34,546 bases of DNA, taken from the NCBI RefSeq assembly GCF_001194135.2, contig NC_069001.1:22771284-22805829 (forward strand). Reading direction: 5' to 3'. The position numbers were made by a program, and so were the translations under genes. This document shows positions 34,492-34,546 of the stretch, piece by piece; positions within the stretch are counted from its first letter, which is position 1, and every line of letters starts with the position of its first letter. The notes under the pieces were generated by a model. That model was not told the DNA's origin. It did not search any database and worked only from the letters and a program-made list of their open reading frames with translations. The DNA is from Octopus bimaculoides (taxonomy: Eukaryota).

Positions 34492-34505
34492 TATAAATAT
34501 ATATT

Positions 34506-34546
<41 letters not shown>

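Overview
AT-rich, microsatellite-dense eukaryotic DNA from a gapped draft assembly (five N-runs). The repeat repertoire resembles octopus/coleoid cephalopod genomes; this is an inference from SINE and microsatellite style, not a database match. No intact host gene is supported, and most long ORFs in the track are (AT)n/(GT)n artefacts. The window is a patchwork of decayed mobile DNA: three tRNA-derived SINE families, RTE-type LINE pieces, three maT-like (DD37D-type) Tc1/mariner relics, a Tigger/pogo relic, a fold-back mariner, piggyBac- and hAT-like MITEs and a Gypsy integrase fragment. The main unexplained signal is a set of at least four sequence-unrelated type I hammerhead ribozyme folds (13175-13249, 14826-14871 with an inverted twin, 26390-26432, 33082-33134) plus partial or degenerate ones. 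Most have palindromic stem III sequences. Two insertions share one architecture (direct repeat, tail, long inverted repeat centred near the ribozyme, direct repeat), consistent with non-coding Penelope-like or retrozyme-like elements. All folds and alignments were done by eye.
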